Below, piece after piece: positions 8,864-17,239 of a stretch of DNA of 58,228 nt; the first letter of the stretch is position 1; the number at the start of each line of letters is the position of its first letter. The translations under genes were made by a program, and so were the position numbers. Source of the stretch: a bacterium (lineage in GTDB: Bacteria; UBA10199; 2-02-FULL-44-16; JAAZCA01); the NCBI GenBank assembly GCA_041658465.1, contig JBBAAC010000001.1, positions 1 to 58,228 of the forward strand, in the 5' to 3' direction. The notes beneath the pieces were generated by a model. The model searched no databases. It saw nothing but the letters and a program-made list of their open reading frames with translations, and was not told where the DNA came from.

Positions 8864-10181
8864 GGCCGCCCCGGTCCGAAGGAAATCTTCCCGCTACAAG
8901 ATCCGCGAAGCGCTTCCTGTTATCGTCCATGCGGCTATGGTACCGCGGCATGGTGGATTCGATGCGGCGTCGGATGCGATCCGCCTCTGCGCGAAGCGCC
9001 AGGGTCTTCTGCATGAGCTGCGCGGCTATCCTCTCCTCCTCGTAAGAGAGGAGAAAATCCTGAAGCAGGCCGAGCTCGTCCATGATCGAGGCGATGCGCT
9101 CGTCATGCGCGAGCCCTATCACCGGGATCGCGCCACCCATCGCCAGGACGAGGGCGTGATACCGGCATGTCACGAGCCAATCCAGCCTGCGCAGAAGAGA
9201 AGTCATCTGCGCTGCGCTCGCATGGTCCGCATCGATCAGCACCGACGGCGATTGCATAATCGCCATCACATCCCTGCAGGGAGAAATATCCAGGCTCTCC
9301 ATCGCGAAGAAGACAACCTGGGCGCCCAGCTCCGTCACGGCCCAGTCAGCGTACGCGGCGATCGACTCCTTCATCTCCTTGCTCTTTCTCCGGGAGTCGC
9401 CGCGCCAGGAATGATAGTAGATCGACTTGTATCGGTCCTTTTGCACGCCGAGGGCGGCCTTGAGGATGCAGGGAACGACGGGCCACCAGAAAAACTCCTC
9501 AAATGCGATACCGACGATCGGTCCCTTCATGTCAACGCCCTGCCCCGCGAGGACCGTTTCCGCCCACTGCCGATCCTCCGGCACGAGCGAAAACGCCGTA
9601 TCGGTGGTCACGGCTATCTCACGGTCGACTCCGAGGGATCGGAGTACAAAGGCGGCGTTGTCGGTGCGCACCATCAGCAGGTCCATGCGCTGCGCCACGG
9701 CCTTGGCCCAGCTGGCGTTTGCCGGAGTGAGTGCCCCCGCATCGACCCCGTAAGCGACGGTGGGTATCCCTACCCTCTGGGCAAGGTCGGCGGAGTAGAG
9801 AAAAAACCACAAAAGCGCGGGCGAGAAATTCTCCTTGAAGCAGCTCCCCTCTACGAGGACCACGATGTCGGCCTTCGCGACGAGCCGCGCTATGCTCACG
9901 ACGAAGACCGGATTGATCTGCGCAACGCGCAGGCGCTCGCTCTCGTCCAGATAGCGGAGCGTGCGGCGGCGGTCCAGGGACGTGAGCGTCACGCGCACGC
10001 GCGGGTCCGCGTCCAGCATCTGCCGGATCGCCTCGGACGTCCTCGCCTCAGCGCCCGTGTTGTTCGCGCCGCCGTAGCCCACTACTAGACACTCTATCGG
10101 CATGCCAGGGCGCCACACCCGCCGCCTCCTCCTGATGAACGCGGCAAAGATCCAGACAATCGCCCTGAGGAATGTAACCAT
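8835..10181 (-). CDS. Polysaccharide pyruvyl transferase family protein (CsaB/WcaK-like); an alternative start at 10103 (MPIECLVVGYGG) is possible
   Basis: The N-terminal VVGYGGANNTG and the C-terminal CRYHALVLAMGGAIPVIGLAHDERI resemble the G-x-x-N-x-G and R-x-H...G-x-P-x-x-x-L signatures of PF04230. This was recognised by eye only. Confidence 0.55.
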   Translation of the reverse strand: MVTFLRAIVWIFAAFIRRRRRVWRPGMPIECLVVGYGGANNTGAEARTSEAIRQMLDADPRVRVTLTSLDRRRTLRYLDESERLRVAQINPVFVVSIARLVAKADIVVLVEGSCFKENFSPALLWFFLYSADLAQRVGIPTVAYGVDAGALTPANASWAKAVAQRMDLLMVRTDNAAFVLRSLGVDREIAVTTDTAFSLVPEDRQWAETVLAGQGVDMKGPIVGIAFEEFFWWPVVPCILKAALGVQKDRYKSIYYHSWRGDSRRKSKEMKESIAAYADWAVTELGAQVVFFAMESLDISPCRDVMAIMQSPSVLIDADHASAAQMTSLLRRLDWLVTCRYHALVLAMGGAIPVIGLAHDERIASIMDELGLLQDFLLSYEEERIAAQLMQKTLALRAEADRIRRRIESTMPRYHSRMDDNRKRFADLVAGRFPSDRGGLSEPRVEQG

Positions 10182-10221
10182 GCGTTGACAGTATCACATC
10201 TCCCTCCGAATGCATATGTTC

Positions 10222-10700
10222 GGCTGGCCTGCCCGCCGGCTGGCAGGCGGGCAAACCGACACCGAGTTATTTCCAGCTCATGCGGCTAACGGTGGAATTA
10301 TAGCCTTCGCGGTCCCCATTGCTCGAAGCCTGCCTGCCGGTAGGCAGGCCGCGGGTCATCGCTTGCTCCGTGCCAGTGTCGTGTCCCATTGCATTGCCAC
10401 AAACGTGAAAACCCCGCTTACTGCATGCCAATACGCAAGTATATCATGGCGCATGATGAGCGGTGTCCCCAGCCCAGCTTCGAGCAATGGGGACCGCGGT
10501 GGCAGGTGATTCACCGTTAGCCTTATAAACTGACCTAGACTCGTTATCGGCTTGCGAGATGATGGGCTGGGGACACTGCTCCTTATGTGGCGAGGAGCAT
10601 AACCTGCCTGCGGGCTTGCGAGATGCCAGCCGCGGATCACCGCGTACTTTGGCACGTAGCCAGCCGCGGATCACCGCGTACTTTGGCACGGTGTCGGCTT
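10222..10700. repeat. Composite MITE-like structured repeat (R-element), locus 1, with a tandemly duplicated terminal segment
   Basis: The left arm (ccgacaccgagtt ... ggctaacggtgga ... gcggtccccattgctcgaagcc) is complementary to the right arm (gcttcgagcaatggggaccgc ... tcaccgttagcc ... actcgttatcggc). It has the same architecture as 47802-48215 and matches the single unit at 23048-23258. The segment agccgcggatcaccgcgtactttggcac occurs twice in tandem at 10627-10690. Confidence 0.8.
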
Positions 10701-12017
10701 GTCGATTATTTTTCCAACGAGGTCATATTCGTGAGCTTCCGTGATCTCCACGGTGGCGAATTCGCCCGCGGGCGCCAGGCCCTCGTTGATGTAGATCACC
10801 CCGTCGATGTCAGGGGCCTGGCCTTCATGACGCGCCTGGATCAGGTGCTCCGTCTCCTGCGACGGCCCTTCGACAAGGGCTGTGAGCCGCCTGCCGACGA
10901 GGGCCTGATTCTTGCGCTGCGAGATGGCGCGCTGCAACTCCATGATCCGCTGCCTTCGCTCCTCCGCGACCTCGGCTCGGATCCGCCCCCTGAGCCGGGC
11001 AGCGGGAGTGCCCTCTTCCGGCGAGTAGACGAATACGCCCAGGTGCTCGAATTCCGACTCGCGCACGAAGTCGAGGAGCGCTGAAAAATCATCGTCGGTC
11101 TCGCCTGGAAAACCGGCGATCAGGCTGGTGCGCAGCGCGACGCCGGGAAGCTCTTTTCTCATAAGCCCGATGAGGCGGCGTATCTCGGCTCCCTCTCCCT
11201 TGCGCCGCATGGCCGCGAGCACCCGATCGCTTATATGCTGGATGGGGATATCGAGATACCTGCATATCTCGCCATGCATCTTCATGGCCTCTATCACCGC
11301 CAGAGGGAAATCGTGCGGGTATGCGTAAAGCATTCTGATCCACTTCCTGCCCTGCAGGCTGCATAGCCTGCCGAGCAGCTCCGCCAGGTCGGCGCCTATG
11401 TCGCGGCCGTAGGCGGTCGTGTCCTGCGCGATGATGTTGAGCTCGCGCACGCCACGCGAGAGCATTTCGCGCGCCTCCTCCACTATCGAGTCGGGCGTTC
11501 GCGAACGAAACTTGCCGCGTATCCTCGGGATGATGCAGAACGAGCAGGGATGAAAGCATCCCTCCGCAATCTTTATGTACGCCATGTGCGGGGGCGTGGC
11601 AGCCACTCGAGGCGCCTCGTGATCGTATATATATGATGGCCGGCCTACCTGCACGCGCTGCCCGCCATCCAGGCCCTTCACAAGTTCCGCGACTCGATGG
11701 AACTCTCCGGCGCCGACAAAGAGATCCACCTCGGGAAACAGCTCCGCTATTTCCTCGCTGTAGCGCTGCGGCAGACACCCCGCCACGACGAGCAGCCTGC
11801 ATCTCCCGCGCTTTTTCTGCTGCGACATCTCGAGCACTGTCTCTATCGCCTCTTTCTTCGCGTCCTCGATAAATGCGCAGGTGTTCACCACGATGACCTC
11901 GGCCGCGGAGGGATCCTCGGTCAGCACGAATCCATCCTTGACCAGAAGGCCCAGCATCACCTCTGAATCGACGAGGTTTTTGGGACAACCGAGTGAAATA
12001 AAGTGAAGAGATGGCAT
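10671..12017 (-). CDS. rimO: Ribosomal protein S12 methylthiotransferase RimO (radical SAM MTTase with C-terminal TRAM domain)
   Basis: The N-terminus MPSLHFISLGCPKNLVDSEVMLGLL is typical of RimO. The radical SAM cluster is EGCFHPCSFCIIP. The TRAM-like end is FATVEITEAHEYDLVGKII. Confidence 0.85.
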   Translation of the reverse strand: MPSLHFISLGCPKNLVDSEVMLGLLVKDGFVLTEDPSAAEVIVVNTCAFIEDAKKEAIETVLEMSQQKKRGRCRLLVVAGCLPQRYSEEIAELFPEVDLFVGAGEFHRVAELVKGLDGGQRVQVGRPSYIYDHEAPRVAATPPHMAYIKIAEGCFHPCSFCIIPRIRGKFRSRTPDSIVEEAREMLSRGVRELNIIAQDTTAYGRDIGADLAELLGRLCSLQGRKWIRMLYAYPHDFPLAVIEAMKMHGEICRYLDIPIQHISDRVLAAMRRKGEGAEIRRLIGLMRKELPGVALRTSLIAGFPGETDDDFSALLDFVRESEFEHLGVFVYSPEEGTPAARLRGRIRAEVAEERRQRIMELQRAISQRKNQALVGRRLTALVEGPSQETEHLIQARHEGQAPDIDGVIYINEGLAPAGEFATVEITEAHEYDLVGKIIDKPTPCQSTR

Positions 12018-12055
12018 ATTAGTACGTGACTGGTGACTAGCGGTTGCATTCAGGG

Positions 12056-12135
12056 TCTACCCCACCCTGACCCTCCCCTTACAAAGGGGAGGGAACATTC
12101 CCCTCCTTTGTAAGGAGGGGCCAGGGGAGGTAGAT
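12056..12135. repeat. REP-like double hairpin (two inverted half-elements)
   Basis: tctaccccaccctgaccctccccttacaaaggggaggg is followed by its near reverse complement cccctcctttgtaaggaggggccaggggaggtagat. Related copies lie at 18781, 54622 and 57868. Confidence 0.85.
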
Positions 12136-12166
12136 CAAGTCATTCACGCCAGTCACTAATCACTAG

Positions 12167-13492
12167 TCACGGAAGATAGGCGAGCCCGAACGGAGCGGTC
12201 CCTCCCGCAGACACCGGGGTCCCCTCTTCCGTGAGAGTACCATCCGCGCCGTAAGTTAATATGGACACGGTAGCGCTGCCAGCGTTTGCGCAATAGAGCG
12301 TGCTATGCCCGATGTCCACGGCAAGGGCCACGGGGTCCGTGCCGCCGCTGCCGGGCGTCGAGACCAGCGTCAGGGCGCCGGTGTCGTCGTAGGTGAAGGA
12401 CGACACGGTCTTGCTGCTTTGGTTCGCCACGAACAATATGTTGCGGTCCGCATCTACCACCACGTCCGCCGGCCCCACGCCGTTTGCGGCAAAGGGCGAT
12501 CCGGCAGCGGCGGTGAGTTTGCCGCTCGAGTCGAACGTGAAGACCGAGACCTGCGCTGAATTGGAATCCGCGGTGAATATGAGGTGAGAGGAGACATCCA
12601 CCGCAACGGCGGACGCGCCGGCACCGCCCGCTGTGAATGGAGAGCCCGCGACTTCGGTGAGATCGCCCGCGGCATCATATGAGAAGACCGCGATCGTGTT
12701 GCTGCCGGAATTCGTCGCAAAGAGGAGCATGAGCGTGGAGTCGATCTTGACATCGGTCGGCGCCGCGCCCTGCGTGCTGGTAGTTCCGCTCACGTTCGTG
12801 GCCTTTCCGGTCACAGGATCATAGGTGAAGCTGCTCACAGTGCCCGATGTCCTGTTCGCGGTGAACGCCAGCAGGTGATTGGAGTCGACCGCCACGGCCA
12901 CGGGTCCCACCGAATTCACTCCTGCCGGACTGCCGCTCTGAGTAAGCGTCCCGTCGACATACGAGGCGCTAAAGACCGCGAGCGTGGAGCTGTTTCCGTT
13001 GGGCACGAAGACGAGGCCGTGCTCGACATCCGCAGCAGCGTCCTGCGGGGCCACGCCCTGGGTGGAAAAAGGCGACTTGGAGAAGGCGGTCATAGTGAAG
13101 TTCGCGGTGTCGACATTGAAAAGCGCCGCCTGCGCTGAGTCCCGGTTTGCCACGGCGAGCATGCTCACGTAGGTGTAGCCGCCCTTGCGCGTTACGCTCT
13201 TTGCCTTGGAATTGGTGACGGTCACGTCCACGGCCCCCGTCTCGATCGCGGACGGGGCTATGACGGTAAGCGACGTCGATTGCGCCTGCGTCACCGTAGC
13301 GGGCTGCGTGCCAAAGGCCGCGGTGGTGGTGGAATCGAACTGGGTGCCGGAGATGACTACCTCAGTGCCGCCGTGGACGGTGCCGGCTGAAGGCGTTATC
13401 GAATTGATGCTTATCTCCGTCTCGACGATCCCGCAGCCAATGGAGAAGATGAATGGCAGCAAAACAACGCACGCGATTCGAACTATGCGCAT
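12167..13492 (-). CDS. Lipoprotein with an N-terminal IPT/TIG-like domain followed by lactonase-type beta-propeller repeats
   Basis: The start at 13492 is preceded by GGAGGG. The signal and lipobox is MRIVRIACVVLLPFIFSIGC. Blades recur with the pattern LxFxxNxxSxTVSxFTxD (for example LLAFTANRTSGTVSSFTYD and ILFVANQSSKTVSSFTYD). Confidence 0.6.
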   Translation of the reverse strand: MRIVRIACVVLLPFIFSIGCGIVETEISINSITPSAGTVHGGTEVVISGTQFDSTTTAAFGTQPATVTQAQSTSLTVIAPSAIETGAVDVTVTNSKAKSVTRKGGYTYVSMLAVANRDSAQAALFNVDTANFTMTAFSKSPFSTQGVAPQDAAADVEHGLVFVPNGNSSTLAVFSASYVDGTLTQSGSPAGVNSVGPVAVAVDSNHLLAFTANRTSGTVSSFTYDPVTGKATNVSGTTSTQGAAPTDVKIDSTLMLLFATNSGSNTIAVFSYDAAGDLTEVAGSPFTAGGAGASAVAVDVSSHLIFTADSNSAQVSVFTFDSSGKLTAAAGSPFAANGVGPADVVVDADRNILFVANQSSKTVSSFTYDDTGALTLVSTPGSGGTDPVALAVDIGHSTLYCANAGSATVSILTYGADGTLTEEGTPVSAGGTAPFGLAYLP

Positions 13493-13674
13493 GACAACCC
13501 TCCGTTCGACTGAGACAGTCATAACATCTTATCCGGCAGATTCCAAGCGTCTCGGAGGCCGGCCCCACCTGCCCGCAAATGCCCGTAGATTCGCTTTTTC
13601 CCTTGAATATTGGGCGGCTCTTGTTGTAGAAAGACTGACAAACCCAATATAGCAATAATTGGAGGGAGGCTCAA

Positions 13675-15480
13675 ATGGTGCTCTGGGAAAGAGTCCGTTC
13701 GATCACGGCAATAGCCGCGCTCTCATGCGCGTGCCTCATCGCAGCATGCGGAGGCGGGAGCGGCGGCGGCGGTGCGGGCAGCAACGGGTTGGCCGCTCCT
13801 ACAGGCGTATCAGCCTCGGCCGGGGATGCGCAGGTGGTCCTCAACTGGAATGCCGTGGATGGCGCTACGGGTTACGCGGTCTTCACGGCAAACTCGGCGG
13901 GCATAGCGGCCTCGATCTCCAAATCCACCGACACACCGACGGAGATCGATGTCACAGACGCGCCCTACACGCACACGGGGCTCACGAACGGAACTGCGTA
14001 CTACTACGTAGTGGCGGCTGTGAATGCGGATGGCGTGGGCGCGCTCTCGGATGAGGTCACAACCACGCCGCTGCTGGGTCTGCCCGCTGCACCGACGGGC
14101 CTTGCGATTACCGTCGGCAACAAGAGCGTCGCGCTCAACTGGGATGCGGTGAGCGGCGCTACATCATACAAGTTGTACTGGAACACGACCGCCGGCATCG
14201 ACACGAGCACGCCGAACACTCAGACGTCGACCGCCAATAATTTTGCGCATGCGAATATCAGCAACCTCAACACGTATTATTACAGGGTCGCTGCCGTGAA
14301 TTCCACAGGCGAGGGCACGCTGTCGGAGGAGAAATCAGCCACGCCGGCGTTCGGAGGCAGCGAGCTGCTGAGCATTAAAGATGCCCCGGCAACCTTTGAT
14401 GATGAATACGGATATGCGGTCGCAATCGACGGCGACACGGCGATCGTGGGGGCGCCTCACTATTTTAATCTTAATCCAAATAAGATGGGCAGTGCTTTCA
14501 TATATAGATACAGCAATGGTGTATGGACCAAAGAAGCTGAACTCGCAGTTCCAGCAGGAATCGCGAACACCCACGGCACGTATGGAAAGTCGGTCGCCGT
14601 CAGCGGGAATCTGGCAATAGTCGGCAACCCTACGGGCTGGGGCAACGCCGATCTCTCCGGAGTGGCGGCCGTGTTCAAGCGTACAGGAGCTGCGTGGGCG
14701 GAAGAGACGATCCTGACCGCATCCGACGGCCTGGCAAACGACAAGTTCGGCGCGTCCGTTGCGATCAGCGCAGACGTCGCTGCTATAGGGGCGCCCGAAG
14801 ACGATAACGGAGGCAAGCTCGATAACGGTGGCGTATATTATTACGCTACTGCCGGATGGGTCGCCAAACCTGAAATAAAAGGCGCCGTCGCCAACGATCA
14901 GTTCGGATTTTCAGTTTCCCTGAGTGGAATTACGCTACTAGTAGGCGCACCTTACAATGACTTTGTACCTGCAAATGCGGGACGCATCTATTTCTACACG
15001 CTAAGTGCAATTCCTTCGTTAGACGCGACCGCAGACGGCGGCGCAGCAAACGACCAGTTCGGAAAAGGCGTTGCAATAGACGGCAATGTGGCGATCGCGG
15101 GCTCGCCGAGCGACGGCAGCAAAGCCGGCTCAGCCGTAGTCTTGAGGTACAGCGGCGCTGCGTGGGCGGAGGAGAAAGTGCTGACGCCATCGACGACCTC
15201 GGTAAACGACCAGTTCGGGTCCTCGGTTTCGATAAGCAACAACTACGCGATCGTGGGCAGCCACCTCAACGACGACAAGGCCGGCGATGCGGGCGCGGCA
15301 TTCGTTTACAAGTACAACGGCACGACGTGGGCAGAGGAGGCAAAGCTCCTCGCGTCTGACGGTGCGGGCAACGACCAGTTCGGCTACTCGGTCGGCATCG
15401 ACAGCGATCTCATCGTCGTCGGCGCGTACCTGGTCGATCTCGCGGGCGCTGCGGATGCAGGAGGGGTCTACTTCTACTGA
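13675..15480 (+). CDS. Lipoprotein with two FN3-like modules and FG-GAP-type repeats
   Basis: GGAGG lies upstream. The lipobox is LSCACLIAAC. It has two modules of the form 'APTG ... LNW(N/D)AV(D/S)GATxY ... Y(Y)Y(V/R)V(A)AVN', then repeated (N)DQFG(Y/F/S)SV ... VGAP units. Confidence 0.65.
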   Translation: MVLWERVRSITAIAALSCACLIAACGGGSGGGGAGSNGLAAPTGVSASAGDAQVVLNWNAVDGATGYAVFTANSAGIAASISKSTDTPTEIDVTDAPYTHTGLTNGTAYYYVVAAVNADGVGALSDEVTTTPLLGLPAAPTGLAITVGNKSVALNWDAVSGATSYKLYWNTTAGIDTSTPNTQTSTANNFAHANISNLNTYYYRVAAVNSTGEGTLSEEKSATPAFGGSELLSIKDAPATFDDEYGYAVAIDGDTAIVGAPHYFNLNPNKMGSAFIYRYSNGVWTKEAELAVPAGIANTHGTYGKSVAVSGNLAIVGNPTGWGNADLSGVAAVFKRTGAAWAEETILTASDGLANDKFGASVAISADVAAIGAPEDDNGGKLDNGGVYYYATAGWVAKPEIKGAVANDQFGFSVSLSGITLLVGAPYNDFVPANAGRIYFYTLSAIPSLDATADGGAANDQFGKGVAIDGNVAIAGSPSDGSKAGSAVVLRYSGAAWAEEKVLTPSTTSVNDQFGSSVSISNNYAIVGSHLNDDKAGDAGAAFVYKYNGTTWAEEAKLLASDGAGNDQFGYSVGIDSDLIVVGAYLVDLAGAADAGGVYFY

Positions 15481-15486
15481 CAAGAA

Positions 15487-15590
15487 GTCATCCTGAGGCC
15501 ATGCTAAAATACAAATTCGCCGAAGAATCCCGATGTCCGCGTGGGATCCTTCGGCGAATTTTTGTTAGAGGCCCATGGCCTCAGGATGAC
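15487..15590. terminator. Nested palindrome between convergent genes, probably a bidirectional terminator
   Basis: The outer arms are gtcatcctgaggccatg / catggcctcaggatgac. The inner arms are aaattcgccgaagaatccc / gggatccttcggcgaattt, followed by a T-run. Confidence 0.5.
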
Positions 15591-15597
15591 AACTTTT

Positions 15598-17175
15598 TCA
15601 CTGCAGCCCGCTCAGCTCCGTCTCATATACCTTGCCGACGGGCTCGCTGCCTGCATCAGTGCTGTTCTCGACGGTCAGCGCTACATAATGTTTGGTGTTC
15701 ACCACCACCGACGGCCCTGCGGCCCCCGGAAGATTCGTCACAAGCGTACCCTTCCACCCGTTGGAATCCATATTGCGGGAGAGCAGCGCGCCGCCTTTCA
15801 ACGCATCGCCGTACACTCCGGCGTCCGTGATCAGCGCTATCTTTCCAAAGACGTTGGTGCCGTAGATGAAATTCTTGACCTGCATGATCAGCATCGTCAG
15901 TGGATACGACTGCGTGCCGTCCTCCCACTTGACCCCGAAGAAGGCCGCGTTCGGCTTCTGCATGCCGACGAGGAACGATGCGCCATCCTCGGTCATCGTA
16001 AGGGTGGGCGACATCTGGGCCGTGATCTTTCCGAGATTAAAGGATTTGCATCCTGAGTCGTTCATCGCGTCGCACACATCCAGCATCGCCGCGTTGGCTG
16101 CGCCGTCGCCCGGATCCCATCCGTAGCTGTTGGAAGAGAGCACCGCATAGCGCTGCACCTGGCCGCCCTCTACAGGAACAGGATCCTTGTCGATGAGCGC
16201 CATGCCGGTCGGATTGAGGCCGGACGTAAGCTGCGCGGTCGCCCATGCCACGCTCACCGTGCCGTCGTAATTGTAGGGCATGCAGATCACGCTGCCCGGA
16301 TAGAAGGTCGTCAGGGTCGGGTCCGCATCCGCATGCTTCAGGTTGGATGTCGCAACGCAGAGCTTTCCGCCCGCCAGGACCGCGCCCGACGGATTATTTA
16401 TCGTGGACTTAATCTGCGCATAGAGCGGATCGAGCGGGCTTATAGATCCGAAATTCACGCCCGCTGTGACCTGCGAGGTCTTGCCGTTGATGATCGTGAA
16501 GCCGTGCGGCGAGGAGTGCATGACCGCATAGTACTGATCGTTGAGAGCAATGTGGTTGGACGGATAGCCGCCCGAGTTTCCGAGTTTGGTCCACGCGCCT
16601 GTCTGCCCGAGCGCGGGAGACCTGAAGAGCGCGTTGGGCTGGACACCCACGGCGCCGCACGCCATCAGAAGCGAGTTGTTCACTACCTCGTATCTCAAGC
16701 TCGCGGCCCAGGGACACGGCGCATCCGAATAATAAGACGCGATCGGCGCCAGGGGCCCCGAACCGCCAGAACCCGCGGTGCCGCCGGTGCCGGAGCTGCC
16801 TGCAGTACCAGCCGTACCGCCACCAAAACCTCCAGCGCCTCCCGTGCCGCTCGAACCGGCCGGACCTCCGCCAGTGCCACCCGTCCCCGCCGTACCGCCT
16901 TCGCCTCCGCTTCCTGCAATACCTCCGGAGCCGCCCTGCGGCCAACCGGCCGAGCCGGCCGAGCCCGCAATGCCCCCCGCCCCGCCGGTATACCCGCCTG
17001 CCCCCCCGGTGCTCACATCGGGCTGGGACACGTCCGAATCGCTCCCACCGGCTCCACCTGTATATGTATTGGCATCAGTTCCAGAGGGGGGCTCGAGTTC
17101 GCCCATCGTATCGAGCGTGCATCCCGCCACGCCGAACCCCAGAGTCACGCCAACTGCGGTCATCCAGTTTGTCAT
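15598..17175 (-). CDS. Lipoprotein with a Gly-rich linker of roughly 100-120 aa and a conserved C-terminal domain of unknown function (paralog A)
   Basis: AAGGAG lies upstream. The lipobox is GFGVAGC. The linker is GGAGGYTGGAGGIAGSAGS...GTGGTAGSGGSG. The C-terminal domain YYSDAPCPWAASLRYEVVNNSLLMACGA...GYPSNHIALNDQYY...DPLYAQIKSTINNP is shared with 17240..18619. Confidence 0.7.
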   Translation of the reverse strand: MTNWMTAVGVTLGFGVAGCTLDTMGELEPPSGTDANTYTGGAGGSDSDVSQPDVSTGGAGGYTGGAGGIAGSAGSAGWPQGGSGGIAGSGGEGGTAGTGGTGGGPAGSSGTGGAGGFGGGTAGTAGSSGTGGTAGSGGSGPLAPIASYYSDAPCPWAASLRYEVVNNSLLMACGAVGVQPNALFRSPALGQTGAWTKLGNSGGYPSNHIALNDQYYAVMHSSPHGFTIINGKTSQVTAGVNFGSISPLDPLYAQIKSTINNPSGAVLAGGKLCVATSNLKHADADPTLTTFYPGSVICMPYNYDGTVSVAWATAQLTSGLNPTGMALIDKDPVPVEGGQVQRYAVLSSNSYGWDPGDGAANAAMLDVCDAMNDSGCKSFNLGKITAQMSPTLTMTEDGASFLVGMQKPNAAFFGVKWEDGTQSYPLTMLIMQVKNFIYGTNVFGKIALITDAGVYGDALKGGALLSRNMDSNGWKGTLVTNLPGAAGPSVVVNTKHYVALTVENSTDAGSEPVGKVYETELSGLQ

Positions 17176-17239
17176 CGGTCTCTCTCCTTCAGTCGCATCA
17201 CTTATCGTCGCGCAGCAATTTTTGTTGCTCGATTTATTG

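Noticed and set aside
8937-10088. 383-aa ORF on the plus strand, antisense to the pyruvyl-transferase gene. Similar long antisense or alternative-frame ORFs occur at 11089-11988, 16333-17319, 18948-20096, 25831-26529, 39766-40977, 43212-44108, 53739-54647 and 5423-6178.
   Set aside because: They are typical high-GC shadow ORFs. They are Arg/Gly/Pro/His-rich with no motifs, and each fully overlaps a gene whose product has clear family signatures.
10645-10700. Sigma-54 promoter-like TGGCAC motifs inside the R-element (tttggcacgtagcc; tttggcacggtgtcggcttg).
   Set aside because: The -12 element (TTGC) is absent or mis-spaced (CGGC). The motifs point into the 3' end of rimO. The nearby NtrC-family regulator lacks GAFTGA anyway.
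10356-11084. ORFs of 81-165 aa inside the R-element at locus 1, and the 179-aa ORF at 47697-48236 at locus 3.
   Set aside because: They are encoded by repeat DNA in both orientations. The same peptides (for example PRGSPRTLAR) arise only because the repeat is duplicated. They have no ribosome-binding site or coding-like composition.
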